A DNA stretch of 64,000 nt from Chamaesiphon sp. (GCA_965246715.1 CBDFFH010000029.1:64001-128000); one strand, 5' to 3'; shown: positions 11,243 through 22,426, numbered from the stretch's first letter. Numbers and translations: made by a program. The notes: a model not told the origin generated them from the letters alone.

Positions 11243-12121
11243 ATGCGCGATTTAAATACACCAACCGTACCTAGTTTGACTACACCTTTATCGGTGGGTC
11301 GCACGTTATTCGATCGTGGGATGACGATCCTCGCTTTTACACTGACCCTCTTCGGTATTCTCCCCTTGATGTCAGTCTTATGGAATATCATCTCCAAAGG
11401 TGCGCCAGGGCTGACAGCGACGATGTTTAGCAAGCCGATTATCGATGATGGGTTTGCCAATGCGATCGTCGGTACGCTAGTGATGGTATTAATCGGATCG
11501 TTGATTAGCATTCCGCTAGGGATTGCTACCGGAATCTATTTATCAGAATACGATCCCAAGGGCAAGCTCAATCGAACGATCAGATTTTTGGTAACGATTC
11601 TGACTGGAGTACCATCGATCGTCGTCGGGATTTTTGTCTATGGTTTCGTCGTGCTGGGAACTAAAGACCTATTTGGTTTTAGTTATAGCGCGTTAGCTGG
11701 TGGGATTAGTTTGGCGGTGATCATGCTGCCGATTATCGCCCTCACTAGCGAGGAAGTACTCAAACTCGTCCCCCCAGCTTATCGATTTGCTTCGCTCGGA
11801 CTAGGTGGAAGCAAGTTTCAAACAATCTGGCGCGTTGTTTTACCCACAGCGTTACCCGCGATTTCTACTGGGGTGTTGTTGGCAGTCTCCCGCGCTACTG
11901 GCGAGACAGCACCATTATTGTTCACTGCTTTGGGTAACCTAGATTGGGCGCAAAATCTCTTTGACAAGACTGCTTCGCTACCAGTACTGATTTACAACCT
12001 CTATAACGATCCCAGTCCAGAGAAAAGTCAGTTGGTTTGGACGGCCTCCCTCCTGTTACTGATTCTAGTGTTGCTGATTAACTTGCCTTCGCGATTGCTC
12101 GCCAATCACAAGAAAAAATAA
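11243..12121 (+). CDS. pstA: Phosphate ABC transporter permease
   Basis: GVPSIVVG, RATGETAPLLFT. Confidence 0.93.
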   Translation: MRDLNTPTVPSLTTPLSVGRTLFDRGMTILAFTLTLFGILPLMSVLWNIISKGAPGLTATMFSKPIIDDGFANAIVGTLVMVLIGSLISIPLGIATGIYLSEYDPKGKLNRTIRFLVTILTGVPSIVVGIFVYGFVVLGTKDLFGFSYSALAGGISLAVIMLPIIALTSEEVLKLVPPAYRFASLGLGGSKFQTIWRVVLPTALPAISTGVLLAVSRATGETAPLLFTALGNLDWAQNLFDKTASLPVLIYNLYNDPSPEKSQLVWTASLLLLILVLLINLPSRLLANHKKK

Positions 12122-12175
12122 ACCTAAATAGCTCAGTGCGAGATCTAAAGCTGTAAATAAATAACTTCTAATTTT

Positions 12176-12997
12176 ATGCAAAATCAATCAACCGATCGGG
12201 TCGAGCGCGACCCCAACCAGCAGTATGAAACGGCCATTCAGGTAAATAACTTGAGCTTTTTCTACGGTGCGGTGCAAGCTCTGCAAAACATCACAATGAC
12301 CATTCTCAAAAACCAAGTGACCTCGATCATCGGGCCATCTGGTTGTGGTAAATCGACTTTTATTAAAGCCCTCAATCGGATTACCGAGCTAGAAACCAAA
12401 GTCAGAACCGAAGGCGAAGTTACCCTCTACGGTCAAAATATCTACGCTCCCCAAATCAATCTCAATCAACTCCGCCGTCAAGTGGGCATGGTGTTTCAAA
12501 AGCCCAATCCGTTCCCGATGAGTATCTATGAAAACGTCGCCTATGGCGTGAAAATCGGCGAAGAAAAGGTTTCGTCAGCAGATCTCGATGGCATCGTCGA
12601 AACTTCACTAAAAGGTGCCGCAATCTGGGATGAAGTCAAAGATAAATTGCATAAATCTGCATTGGGACTATCCGGCGGACAACAGCAACGCTTGTGCATC
12701 GCGCGCGCGTTAGCAGTTAAGCCCAAAGTATTATTAATGGACGAGCCTTGCTCGGCATTAGATCCGATCGCGACGATGAAGATCGAGGACTTGATGCATA
12801 GTTTGCGAAATGAAGTAACGATCGCGATCGTCACACACAATATGCAGCAAGCAGCACGGATCTCCGACTACACTGCATTCTTTACGACTGATGAAAGTCG
12901 GATCGGCCGGATGGTCGAATTTGGCGAAACCAAACAGATCTTTTCGATGCCTGTCGATCGCCGCACGAATGACTACGTATCCGGTCGATTTGGCTAA
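12176..12997 (+). CDS. pstB: Phosphate ABC transporter ATP-binding protein
   Basis: [37 protein letters not shown]. Confidence 0.95.
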   Translation: MQNQSTDRVERDPNQQYETAIQVNNLSFFYGAVQALQNITMTILKNQVTSIIGPSGCGKSTFIKALNRITELETKVRTEGEVTLYGQNIYAPQINLNQLRRQVGMVFQKPNPFPMSIYENVAYGVKIGEEKVSSADLDGIVETSLKGAAIWDEVKDKLHKSALGLSGGQQQRLCIARALAVKPKVLLMDEPCSALDPIATMKIEDLMHSLRNEVTIAIVTHNMQQAARISDYTAFFTTDESRIGRMVEFGETKQIFSMPVDRRTNDYVSGRFG

Positions 12998-13171
12998 GAT
13001 TTATTTCATGTGCGGGGGAACACCGTCCAGATCGCGCCACTAAATCCCCCAACTCTGGGGGACTTCAAGCGACTTGCTCCCCCAGAGTTGGGGGTTAGCT
13101 CGATCTATCCAAATCTTATTGGGATCTGTTTTAACGTGAGTTCGGGATAAGGAAAATCGGGCGTTGCTGGA

Positions 13172-13552
13172 TTAAGATATGATTTGGCGATCGAGAGGTA
13201 ATCTGTGCCGTCGATCGCCAGAACTAACTGAATTAGGAGTTGGTACTTCACCAAATTTAAGATAATGAATTAACAATCTAATAGAATGCTTTAGCATTTG
13301 TTCGCACTTAGAATAACATAATGTTTTTCTTTTTAATCGAGCTAAGTAATGTCTGAGCCTAGTGTTTTCACCCTCAACTCTTGTCATATAAGTTTTACTC
13401 ACGATTTGGTCACCATCTGGAATAAATATTGGATAGACCCTCCACCCATCCGTCACATAAAAATAACATTTCCATGTACTTACCAAATTCTCCCATAGCG
13501 GTCTAAATGTCTTAGCACTGTGGTCGCCTAATACCCATCCTAAAATACCCAT
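13172..13552 (-). CDS. insB: IS1 transposase C-terminal DDE part (frameshift product)
   Basis: YVTDGW, TRVEGENTRLRHYLARL, TLCYSK. Confidence 0.85.
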   Translation of the reverse strand: MGILGWVLGDHSAKTFRPLWENLVSTWKCYFYVTDGWRVYPIFIPDGDQIVSKTYMTRVEGENTRLRHYLARLKRKTLCYSKCEQMLKHSIRLLIHYLKFGEVPTPNSVSSGDRRHRLPLDRQIIS

Positions 13553-13563
13553 CTGAAAGTGAT

Positions 13564-13923
13564 TTACTGCCGTCCAGAGCCAGATCTTGTTTTTTTTGAG
13601 CCAACAAACGTCTCTAACTCATCCAACTCACCAACTTCTGGTATTTGGTCTGAATTATAGTAATCTGGGAGATTTGCCCCTACTTGCTTCACCCAATCCA
13701 TGACAGTTGTATTATGCACACCCATTACTCTTTCTATTGCTCGAAATCCCATCCCATTAACATACATTGACAAACATTTCTGCTTGATTTGTGGTGAATA
13801 TCCTCTGTGTGCTTCATAACAATCTATAAATTGCCGTCCGCAGTCTTTACAAATATGGTTCTGCTTTCCCTTTATTCGCCCATTTTTATTGATATTGGAC
13901 GATCTACATTCAGGACATTCCAT
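13564..13923 (-). CDS. insA: IS1 transposase N-terminal part (zinc ribbon and HTH)
   Basis: CPECRS...CKDCGRQF, GMGFRAIER, ELDEL; A8C slippery run at 13590-13597 suggests a -1 frameshift. Confidence 0.85.
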   Translation of the reverse strand: MECPECRSSNINKNGRIKGKQNHICKDCGRQFIDCYEAHRGYSPQIKQKCLSMYVNGMGFRAIERVMGVHNTTVMDWVKQVGANLPDYYNSDQIPEVGELDELETFVGSKKTRSGSGRQ

Positions 13924-14210
13924 TTAGATATTTGCTCTTGTTACTTCTCTCGATCGCCTTAGATCATATCCTAATCCAGCAACGCCGAAAATCGATCTGC
14001 TCCGTTCAAGCACCGCCCTGAACTATAAGTTCGGGCTAATAGCAAAAGTTCTCTGAAGAGAACTGCCCAATTGATTAGTTCGTTTCAACGAACTTTTGCT
14101 ATGAGCAACTAATTCATTTGAGGGCGGTTCAGAAACGAAGCTAGGAGTCATTAAGTGGACATCTTTAACCCGAACTCACGTTGTTTTAGTTAAACCAAAC
14201 CCAAACTTTT

Positions 14211-14254
14211 AAAATCGAGCGCCTGTGGAACTAGTTCCACAGGCGCTCGATTTT
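14211..14254. repeat. Perfect 44 bp palindrome / possible terminator
   Basis: aaaatcgagcgcctgtggaact|agttccacaggcgctcgatttt. Confidence 0.7.
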
Positions 14255-14859
14255 GTTTTACCACGCTTGTTTTACTCAGAGCTAATCGCGAGCGTTTTAT
14301 CGCATTTTCTATATTCACAACTTGCAGCACAGATTGCAACATTGTCAAAAATATTACTTGCTTTCATTCGCACTGCTCGTCCTGACAAATTAGCGCAAGA
14401 ACACGCTGAATACCTGTCAATAGCCCCTGTAGCTCGATCGAGCTACTGTGGCTCGATGCTACTAACCACTCTCAGCTAACCATCAAAATCTCGATCGGTT
14501 AGGGCTTAATTTCACTGATTTGGCTGTAGATATTTTTAATTTATTGTGAAATTAATGCTATTTTGATGTAGAAAAACCGCTATTTGGCTGAAAAAATTCA
14601 AAAACAATTCAATTTTTCTAATCCTTTTACTGATGCCGATCGAGCATCCATAGCACCGAGTCTGTCTCATTAAAAACGCTAAGCCACATGGCTGAAATAC
14701 ACTCTAGGACGGCTTAGTTCGATCGAAATTTGTAGCAGGTAAGCTACAATCTTTGTAGAAAGACAGTGACTATTGTTTGGCTAGTTATTGGCGATTCATC
14801 TTAAGTGATGAACATAAGTTTCTCGACAACTTTGTATATTTGACTTAGGGAATAATTTA

Positions 14860-15561
14860 ATGATGAATTCAAAACGTTTACTTACAATCTGCGGTTTCGC
14901 GATCGGTGCCGCTGCAATCTCTGCTGTACCTGCTGGAGCAGTATCTTTGAGTGGTGATTTGGGCTTTACTGGTGTTACCGCAAGCTTTGCTCCTTCAGTT
15001 GGATCGACATTAGGAAGTCCTCTTATTGTCAACTTTAATACAACAACAACAACACCAGTAACTCCTTTTAGCTCAACAATTAATAGTGCTTCTGGCTCTT
15101 TTAGTGCATTACCGACCTTTGCTGGTGCAAAACCATTATTTGCTACTGCAGCTCCTCGCCAAGGTACTTTTAGTTTGGTCAGTGGTTCTGGAAACACTGC
15201 AACTTACTCACTTGCCAGCAATTTAGATTTTACTTTTACCAATGGATTGACGCTCACCGTCGGTCAGGGTTCTCTATTTCGTGGAGGTTTAACTGCTGGC
15301 GCAAGTGTTAATAGTGCTAGCTTAGACTTGATTAGCAATGTAAACTCTATCTTCTCTCTAGCTGGTTTTGACCCCACACCAATTCAATCATTAGTTTTTG
15401 GTTTTGGCGACACTACTCAACAAAGTAATGGTCAATACTTGATCTCTGCTTCTAATTTTTCCACTCCTGTTCCCGAACCTTTCACTATCATTGGTACGAT
15501 CGTTGGTGGTACCGCAGCGCTCCGCATGAGAAAGAAACTCGTTGGTGCTGTTAACAAATAG
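14860..15561 (+). CDS. PEP-CTERM sorting domain exported protein
   Basis: Signal peptide, Ser/Thr/Gly-rich, VPEPFTIIGTIVGGTAALRMRKKL tail. Confidence 0.9.
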   Translation: MMNSKRLLTICGFAIGAAAISAVPAGAVSLSGDLGFTGVTASFAPSVGSTLGSPLIVNFNTTTTTPVTPFSSTINSASGSFSALPTFAGAKPLFATAAPRQGTFSLVSGSGNTATYSLASNLDFTFTNGLTLTVGQGSLFRGGLTAGASVNSASLDLISNVNSIFSLAGFDPTPIQSLVFGFGDTTQQSNGQYLISASNFSTPVPEPFTIIGTIVGGTAALRMRKKLVGAVNK

Positions 15562-15584
15562 ATTTAGTCCGATCGGATAATTTT

Positions 15585-15621
15585 AGGGAGAGGGTTAGTG
15601 CTTGCTAATCCTCTCCCTTTT
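15585..15621 (+). terminator. Rho-independent terminator
   Basis: agggagagggttag...ctaatcctctccct followed by T run. Confidence 0.7.
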
Positions 15622-15826
15622 GAGTATGTTCGATCGAGGATTTCTGCGAGATTTGCACGTACCTGTGAATAGGTTATTTCTTGACTAATCATCATTTGTT
15701 CGATCGAATGTACAACTTGACGATCTCAATGGCAAATTTTCGCGCTCTCGATCGAAATAGCCGCAGATCGACTCCAGTAGCGAGTGTTGCGGTAAGCTGT
15801 GTAATGATGATGCAAGGGCTGAAATT

Positions 15827-17062
15827 ATGGCAACTATTAACGACAACTACCTCAAACTCAAAGCTGGATACCTATTTCCTGAAATCGCGCGGCGCGTTAA
15901 TACATTCGCCCAAGTTAATCCCGACGCACCGATTATCCGATTGGGCATCGGTGACGTGACCGAACCCTTGCCCCAGGCTTGTCGCGATGCAATGACTACA
16001 GCGATCGTCGATATGGGCGATCGCAGCTCGTTCAAAGGATACGGCCCCGAACAGGGTTATGCTTGGTTGCGGGAAGCGATCGCGACGAATGACTTTCAAG
16101 CTCGCGGCTGTAACATCGATGCCTCGGAAATATTCATCTCAGATGGCTCTAAATGCGACTGTGGCAACATTCTCGACATCTTTGGACATGACAACACGAT
16201 CGCGGTCACAGACCCCGTATATCCCGTTTACGTCGATACCAATGTCATGGCGGGGAATACTGGCGATGCTAATGACAAAGGTGAATATGGTGGTTTAGTC
16301 TATCTCCCAATTACGGCGGATAATGACTTCACCGCGCAAATTCCTAGCCAGAAAGTTGACCTGATCTATCTCTGCTTCCCCAATAACCCTACAGGTGCGA
16401 CAGCTACTAAAGCGCATCTGCAAGCCTGGGTAGATTACGCCAAAGCGCATGGTTCGATTATCTTCTTCGATGCCGCTTACGAAGCCTTTATCACCGATCG
16501 GAGTTTACCGCGATCGATCTACGAAATTGACGGCGCACGGGATTGTGCGATCGAGTTTCGCTCGTTCTCGAAAAATGCTGGATTTACCGGGACTCGTTGC
16601 GCGCTGACGGTGGTACCCAAGACACTCACAGCCAAAGCCGCCGATGGTAGCGATGTCGAACTCTGGAAATTGTGGAACCGCCGCCAATCTACCAAGTTTA
16701 ACGGTGTCTCCTACATCGTCCAACGCGGTGCGGAAGCTGTCTACTCCCCTGAAGGTAAAGCTCAAGTCACAGCATTGATTGCTTTTTACATGGAAAATGC
16801 GAAGATTATTCGCGATCGACTTACCGCTGCGGGATTGCAAGTATCTGGTGGTGTAAATGCGCCCTATGTGTGGGTGAAGACTCCCGACGGGTTATCGAGT
16901 TGGGATTTCTTCGATAAGTTGCTGACAAACTGCCATGTCGTGGGTACACCTGGTTCGGGTTTTGGTGCTGCGGGTGAAGGTTATTTCCGGATTTCAGCAT
17001 TTAATAGCCGCGAAAATGTCGAAGAAGCAATGAATCGGATTACTGCTAAATTTAAGGGTTAA
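15827..17062 (+). CDS. dapL: LL-diaminopimelate aminotransferase
   Basis: [42 protein letters not shown]. Confidence 0.96.
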   Translation: MATINDNYLKLKAGYLFPEIARRVNTFAQVNPDAPIIRLGIGDVTEPLPQACRDAMTTAIVDMGDRSSFKGYGPEQGYAWLREAIATNDFQARGCNIDASEIFISDGSKCDCGNILDIFGHDNTIAVTDPVYPVYVDTNVMAGNTGDANDKGEYGGLVYLPITADNDFTAQIPSQKVDLIYLCFPNNPTGATATKAHLQAWVDYAKAHGSIIFFDAAYEAFITDRSLPRSIYEIDGARDCAIEFRSFSKNAGFTGTRCALTVVPKTLTAKAADGSDVELWKLWNRRQSTKFNGVSYIVQRGAEAVYSPEGKAQVTALIAFYMENAKIIRDRLTAAGLQVSGGVNAPYVWVKTPDGLSSWDFFDKLLTNCHVVGTPGSGFGAAGEGYFRISAFNSRENVEEAMNRITAKFKG

Positions 17063-17073
17063 TTTTAGTTATT

Positions 17074-17104
17074 ATACCCGGCTTCTTGAAGGAGTCGGGT
17101 ATTT
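17074..17104 (+). terminator. Hairpin terminator after dapL
   Basis: atacccggcttc...ggagtcgggtattt. Confidence 0.55.
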
Positions 17105-17130
17105 AGGATTAGGAATCGATCGATAACTTA

Positions 17131-17391
17131 ACGTGAGTTCAGGATAAGGAAAATCGATCTGCTTCGCTCAATCACCGCCCTGAACTATAAGTTCGGGCTA
17201 AAAGCAAAAGTTCTCTTCAGAGAACTGCCAAATCAGTCAGTTCGTTTCAACGAACTTTTGCTTTTAGCCCCTGATTGGTGCAACACATGCGGAGGGAACC
17301 TCCGCGTGATTGCATCCGCAAATTCATTTGAGGGCGGTTCAGAAACGAAACTAGGAGTCATTAAGCAAAGATCCTTAACCCGAACTCACGT
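17131..17391. mobile_element. IS982-like MITE, subtype 2 (copy C) with a 48 bp nested insert
   Basis: TIRs; 7 bp TSD TAACTTA on both sides. Confidence 0.85.
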
Positions 17392-17395
17392 TAAC

Positions 17396-17929
17396 TTACA
17401 CCTTAGAAATATCGATGCCAGAGAGCTTCCAGGCCAATCCATCGCGCCTTAAGATCAGGCTGACATCTTTCTGGCGATCGACTTTATCTGTAATATGAAC
17501 GACAAATCGATCGATCGACTCATAACCCATTTTAATTTCTGATTCAGCGATATTTTTTTCGAGATTGCTGAGATCGATTTTAGCGCCAGGAACTTTGTCC
17601 TGCATTAACTCTCCCAATCCTTCCGGCGTAACTAGTTTATCCACGAGTGGATCGACCATTTTATCGACTAGTGCCGCATTCATACCTTTAACTGGGGTAG
17701 TTCCAGCGCCAGTCATTTGTTTGATTACTTGAGCTTTGACATTTGCTTTGACACTGGTTCGAAGCGATGGAAAATCAATCTCCTCAGCCAAAGCATCAGC
17801 ATTCCGATTGGTGGTTGCTTTCTTCATATTATCGAGGGCAAAATACGGCGAAGCATAAGCTCCAACACCCGCGATCGCGGCAATTCCTGTAGCTACAGCA
17901 ACAATAATAATTACTATTTTTTTGTTCAT
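17396..17929 (-). CDS. DUF2939-like protein
   Basis: N-terminal TM, SPYxAL, IDFPSLR, LVTPEG, LRRDGLAWKL. Confidence 0.75.
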   Translation of the reverse strand: MNKKIVIIIVAVATGIAAIAGVGAYASPYFALDNMKKATTNRNADALAEEIDFPSLRTSVKANVKAQVIKQMTGAGTTPVKGMNAALVDKMVDPLVDKLVTPEGLGELMQDKVPGAKIDLSNLEKNIAESEIKMGYESIDRFVVHITDKVDRQKDVSLILRRDGLAWKLSGIDISKV

Positions 17930-18138
17930 AGCGTTATCTGTACCGAAAAAACCTTAGATAGATTATACCTAATTGACGGAGCGGTTACGCTGTGGGAAGT
18001 TAGAGAAGGGCAATCGCTCGATTGAGTTAGATTCAACTTTTTTTGCTGCTTAACATTTTTGTGTTCTACCTACAAAAACACCCTAATTGCCCAACATATT
18101 CGATCGGCAATCGCGGCATGAAATTTATAACGATCTTA

Positions 18139-18444
18139 CTAACCACGATGGTCGCGTTCTAGGTCGTAGAGAATTTTTTCCCAATACCATTGCGCTGATT
18201 TACCAGGAGTCCGCTGACGCGCGTTATCTAACAATCGCTCGATTCGCTCCAGATCATTATTCATTAATGCGATCGTCCGGTTCCGCACGCGTGCATCTAC
18301 GCCATCTTGTCTAGTCCAATCAGCAAGAATGTCTTCAATCCGAGATTTAGCGGAGAATTTTTCAAATGCTACATACAGCAGCACCGCACCGATAACAACT
18401 AGCAATACTAACATTCCCGAACTGATTATCATCGCATCGCCCAA
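18139..18444 (-). CDS. Small membrane-anchored hypothetical protein
   Basis: N-terminal TM helix; C-terminal WYWEKILYDLERD. Confidence 0.6.
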   Translation of the reverse strand: MGDAMIISSGMLVLLVVIGAVLLYVAFEKFSAKSRIEDILADWTRQDGVDARVRNRTIALMNNDLERIERLLDNARQRTPGKSAQWYWEKILYDLERDHRG

Positions 18445-18573
18445 AACACTACTTCCATGTATTTCAGATTTCTCTAAGGGTAATCCGGATAAAAAATCGA
18501 TCGACTGTGTTACTAGCGATCGCTCCGAAGCACCATTGGAACAAAAATGAATCTGGTTAGTCTTGGTATTTAA

Positions 18574-19047
18574 ATGCTTACCAAATGGTTAGTTAGGATG
18601 AATAGAATTACTCATGTTTGGACTACCACCTTATTACTAACATTGGCTAACGTCGCAGTTGCTACCACTCCTCGTACGCCAATATCAAGCCAAAAAAATC
18701 TCCTCTCCGCTCAGCCGCAAACCATCGTTGCGCCCAAGGGCAAAGAGCTAGTTGCCAAATTTGACTGCCGCTCGCGCGGGCCGAGCATCGGCGAAATCGC
18801 GCTCCAAGCCGATGGAAAATACACTCTAGCCAAACAAGTCAAACACCACACCGTCGCTCAACAGACGGGTAAATATTCCGCGACACCATTGGGATATCGC
18901 TTTACTAATGGCACGTTGAAAGGACAATCGATCGTCAGACAGCAAGGAAATACCTATCTAGTCAGCACTAAAAATGAAGCTAAAGCCGCAGAAGTAGCGG
19001 CTGCTGATGGCGCACTGTTCTGTACTGGCGGGGAAATCAAATATTAA
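18574..19047 (+). CDS. Hypothetical secreted protein
   Basis: Signal-peptide-like N-terminus; fills the intergenic gap. Confidence 0.55.
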   Translation: MLTKWLVRMNRITHVWTTTLLLTLANVAVATTPRTPISSQKNLLSAQPQTIVAPKGKELVAKFDCRSRGPSIGEIALQADGKYTLAKQVKHHTVAQQTGKYSATPLGYRFTNGTLKGQSIVRQQGNTYLVSTKNEAKAAEVAAADGALFCTGGEIKY

Positions 19048-19079
19048 TCACGTTAATTACTGTCGATCGATTATTGAAA

Positions 19080-20318
19080 TTATGTTGTATATTCGGCGTT
19101 GATTTTCACGTAGTCGTAACTGAGATCGCAGCCCCAGGCGACTCCGACACCACTACTATTGCCGACACTGACGGAGATGAGGACGGTATCGGTTTTGAGA
19201 TATTCGCCTTGAGATGCAGCTTTGAGATAGTTACTGGCGGCAACTCGATCGAATGTTAGTGGTTGGCCGAATGCCATTAAGGGAATATCACCTAAGCTTA
19301 CTGCTAAGTTATTTTGGTCGAAGGGGATACCCGCTTTGCCTGCGGCCATCGCAATCCTTCCCCAGTTAGGATCGTGGCCGAAAATTGCGGCTTTGAGCAG
19401 GGATGAGCCAGCAATTTCACGAGCGATTTGGCGAGCTTCTTTATCAGTGAGCGTGCCCGCTACACGGACTTCGATCAGACAGGTGGCACCTTCGCCATCG
19501 CGAGCGATCGATTTTGCTAGATATTGACAGACAGCCGTGAGCATCGCTTCTAATTTATCAGCTTCCGCACCAGAGTGGACGATCGCGGGCGTGCGCGATT
19601 CACCGTTGGCGAGGGCAATTAGCGTGTCATTGGTGCTAGTATCGCCGTCTACAGTGATTTGATTGAAACTCTTATCTGCCGCGCGACCGAGCATTTGCTG
19701 CCACATGGTGGTCGATACTGCGGCATCACAGGTGACAAACGCGAGCAGGGTAGCCATATTCGGGTGAATCATCCCGGAACCTTTAGCCATACCACCCATT
19801 CTGACAGTGCGATCGCCAATGGTAGTTTCTAACGCGATCGATTTACTCACTAAATCCGTCGTCATAATCGCGGTAGCTGCGGTTTCCCCACCTTCATGCG
19901 TAGCTGCAGCCACTAACTGTGGTATTCCGGCGACTAAGGCATCCATTTTGATGCGTTGGCCGATTACTCCAGTCGAGGCCAGTAGGATCGATTCTGGGTC
20001 GATATTGAGGGCACTAGCAAGCGCATTGGCACTAGCAACGGCATCCTCCCAACCGCGTTCGCCCGTCGCGGCGTTTGCTTGTCCGGAATTACAGAGAATG
20101 GCACGAGCGCTAGATTTGACGGCTAGCTGTTGACGGCAATATTCGACACAGGCAGCCCGAACTTGGCTAGTGGTAAAGACTCCAGCCGCGATCGCATCCA
20201 CATCAGAGAGAATAATCGCCAGATCTGGTTTCCCAGATGATTTCAACCCCGCAGTAATCCCCGCCGCTCTAAAGCCTCTCGGTGCCGTGACTCCGCCAGA
20301 AATTTCGTGCCAATCCAT
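19080..20318 (-). CDS. argJ: Glutamate N-acetyltransferase / amino-acid acetyltransferase
   Basis: AKGSGMIHPNMAT, DGDTSTND, DGEGAT, GCDLSYDYVKINAEYTT. Confidence 0.96.
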   Translation of the reverse strand: MDWHEISGGVTAPRGFRAAGITAGLKSSGKPDLAIILSDVDAIAAGVFTTSQVRAACVEYCRQQLAVKSSARAILCNSGQANAATGERGWEDAVASANALASALNIDPESILLASTGVIGQRIKMDALVAGIPQLVAAATHEGGETAATAIMTTDLVSKSIALETTIGDRTVRMGGMAKGSGMIHPNMATLLAFVTCDAAVSTTMWQQMLGRAADKSFNQITVDGDTSTNDTLIALANGESRTPAIVHSGAEADKLEAMLTAVCQYLAKSIARDGEGATCLIEVRVAGTLTDKEARQIAREIAGSSLLKAAIFGHDPNWGRIAMAAGKAGIPFDQNNLAVSLGDIPLMAFGQPLTFDRVAASNYLKAASQGEYLKTDTVLISVSVGNSSGVGVAWGCDLSYDYVKINAEYTT

Positions 20319-20492
20319 ATCAGTTATCGGTTGTGCGGCTATTTTTATTGCTAACTATCAGAATACTAGAATTGGTGACTGGGTATCAGTTATTTGCGGT
20401 TTACCGATCGGGTAGCTGGTCGATCCGATCGATCGGCGAACTAATACCCCTGTAGACTAGTCACTAATAACTAGTCACTTGCAACTATCTCA

Positions 20493-21344
20493 ATGACCAC
20501 TCCAACATCACTACAGATCTCCAAACCGACGCGCTATCAAAATGCTGCGATCGATTATTACACTGGGCTTACCGGTACATCTTACCTACATTATGGCTAT
20601 TGGCAACCAGTACCAGCTTCGATCGATGATGTGACCTTGCCTCGGATGCGTGTCGCCCAGGAAGCATATGCCACGAAATTACTCGATCTGATTCCTGCTG
20701 GTGTCAGTACGATCCTCGATGTTGGTTGTGGGATCGGTGGTAATGCCAAAACTATGCTCGCGCGCGGCTTTAATGTCGAAGCCTTGGCACCAGATCCGCT
20801 GCAACAACAAAAATTCATTAAATATACAGAAGGAAAGATCCCATTTCATCTGAGTACATTTGAAGATTATCAAACCGATAAAACTTACGACCTAGTCTTA
20901 TTTAGCGAAAGCAGTCAATATATTTCTGTCGATAACTTAGCTGCGGGTACAGCAAGCATCCTCAAGTCTGGCGGCTATTTATTGTTAGCAGATATGATGC
21001 GATCGGATGCCAATTACCAGGAGGGTATTTTCTCAAATTGTCATCTCAAAAGCGAGCTAGAGACAGCATTAATTGCCGCAGGATTTAAGCTAGTCGAGAT
21101 CCAAGATATCTCCGCCGAAATCGCTCCGACGATCGATCTCTGTATCGAAGCTTTTCGCACCTATGGATTGAGTACGATCGAGTATATCTCTGCCCTAGTC
21201 AAGATTGCCGTACCCCCGATTCATGCTTTGGGCAGTTCGGCATTCAAAAAATGGTTATCAAAACCCATCGCTGAAGGTTTATCCGCCCGCACGATTTACG
21301 ATCGACATCTGTGCTACGAGATTCAACTTTGGCAGCTTGGTTAG
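20493..21344 (+). CDS. Class I SAM-dependent methyltransferase
   Basis: LHYGYW, ILDVGCGIGG, FSESSQY. Confidence 0.85.
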   Translation: MTTPTSLQISKPTRYQNAAIDYYTGLTGTSYLHYGYWQPVPASIDDVTLPRMRVAQEAYATKLLDLIPAGVSTILDVGCGIGGNAKTMLARGFNVEALAPDPLQQQKFIKYTEGKIPFHLSTFEDYQTDKTYDLVLFSESSQYISVDNLAAGTASILKSGGYLLLADMMRSDANYQEGIFSNCHLKSELETALIAAGFKLVEIQDISAEIAPTIDLCIEAFRTYGLSTIEYISALVKIAVPPIHALGSSAFKKWLSKPIAEGLSARTIYDRHLCYEIQLWQLG

Positions 21345-21382
21345 GGAATGTTAATTCTCCGGCTGTGAGCTACAGCTCCCCA

Positions 21383-22219
21383 CTACTCTTTCATCCCTGT
21401 GCTCGCAATACCCTGAATAAACTGCTTCTGTCCTACCAAAAATAGTAATACCACCGGTACGGTAGCGATACCGACTGCGGCCATTAGGAGTTGCCAACTA
21501 TTGGTAAATTGTTCTTGAAACTCGGATAGCGCCAATTGTACCGTGCGAAGTTCGGGACGGGTAGTAAAAATCAACGGTTTGAACAGATCGTTCCATTCAC
21601 CGATGAAGGTGAATAGAAATAGCGTCACCAATGCAGGACGAGATAAGGGTAACATAATCCGCCAGAGAATTTGGAGCCGATTGGCACCATCCAAACTGGC
21701 GGCTTGTTCGAGTTCGATCGGAATGGTGCTAAAAAATTGCCGTAATAAAAAGATCCCAAAACCGTTGGCGGCGGTAGGTAAAATCAGGGCGCTATATGTA
21801 TTCAGTAAATGTCCCCACTTGAGGAGCAAGAAAATCGGGATGACCAGTAATTGGAAGGGAATGACTAGCGTAGCCAGTACCACCAGCAGGAGCGCTTGAC
21901 GACCCCGAAATCTAAGCCGAGCCAATGCATACCCCGCCAACGCCGATGTAAAAATCTGCGCCGCAGTTACCGCCAGTGCCACAAAAGTAGAATTGGCAAA
22001 CGCCAAGAGGAAATTGCCTTGTTGCCAAGCGGCTCGATAGTTGGCAACAGTAAGCTGAGGCGGTAGCTCAAAGCCAGTTGCCGCAGTGTCTACTGGTGTA
22101 AAGGAGGTAATGGCAACGACTACTAATGGAGCTAAAATCAGACCAGCACCAATGATGAGGAGGAGCCAGTTAAGGATTTGCCACCAGCGCAAATAGCCAG
22201 AATCAGAGAACTTATGCAC
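21383..22219 (-). CDS. Carbohydrate ABC transporter permease
   Basis: EAA-like loop ELEQAASLDGA, WNDLFKPL. Confidence 0.88.
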   Translation of the reverse strand: MHKFSDSGYLRWWQILNWLLLIIGAGLILAPLVVVAITSFTPVDTAATGFELPPQLTVANYRAAWQQGNFLLAFANSTFVALAVTAAQIFTSALAGYALARLRFRGRQALLLVVLATLVIPFQLLVIPIFLLLKWGHLLNTYSALILPTAANGFGIFLLRQFFSTIPIELEQAASLDGANRLQILWRIMLPLSRPALVTLFLFTFIGEWNDLFKPLIFTTRPELRTVQLALSEFQEQFTNSWQLLMAAVGIATVPVVLLFLVGQKQFIQGIASTGMKE

Positions 22220-22426
22220 GGTTTGGTCTACGATCGGTTAAGATAGGGGAGTTTGAAAATTGCAACAAATCTTTAAATAGACAGTCTGTAGTTATGTAGT
22301 TCGCTCGATCGCTATTTTTCGATAAATCTACCCTACACCCACATTATCCCTAAATAGGGATGCAGCCAGCTTTAATGCTGGCGTAAAATAATCTTATTCG
22401 GACATATTTTAGGAGAAATCTAGCTC

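Larger units (their letters stand above)
13160..13986 (-). mobile_element. IS1-family insertion sequence
   Basis: TIR GGCGTTGCTGGATTA(A/G)GATATGAT; 8 bp TSD GAAAATCG (13152-13159, 13987-13994); insA/insB-like ORFs. Confidence 0.92.
13134..14181. mobile_element. IS982-like MITE, subtype 2 (copy B), interrupted by IS1
   Basis: TIRs ACGTGAGTTCGGGATAAG / TTTAACCCGAACTCACGT; 7 bp TSD TGTTTTA on both sides. Confidence 0.85.

Noticed and set aside
14225..14479. 84 aa ORF
   Set aside because: Starts inside a palindrome; no recognisable motif or RBS
17258..17452. Short ORFs over MITEs (also 34082-34351, 40440-40625)
   Set aside because: Chance reading frames across repeat DNA or antisense to real genes
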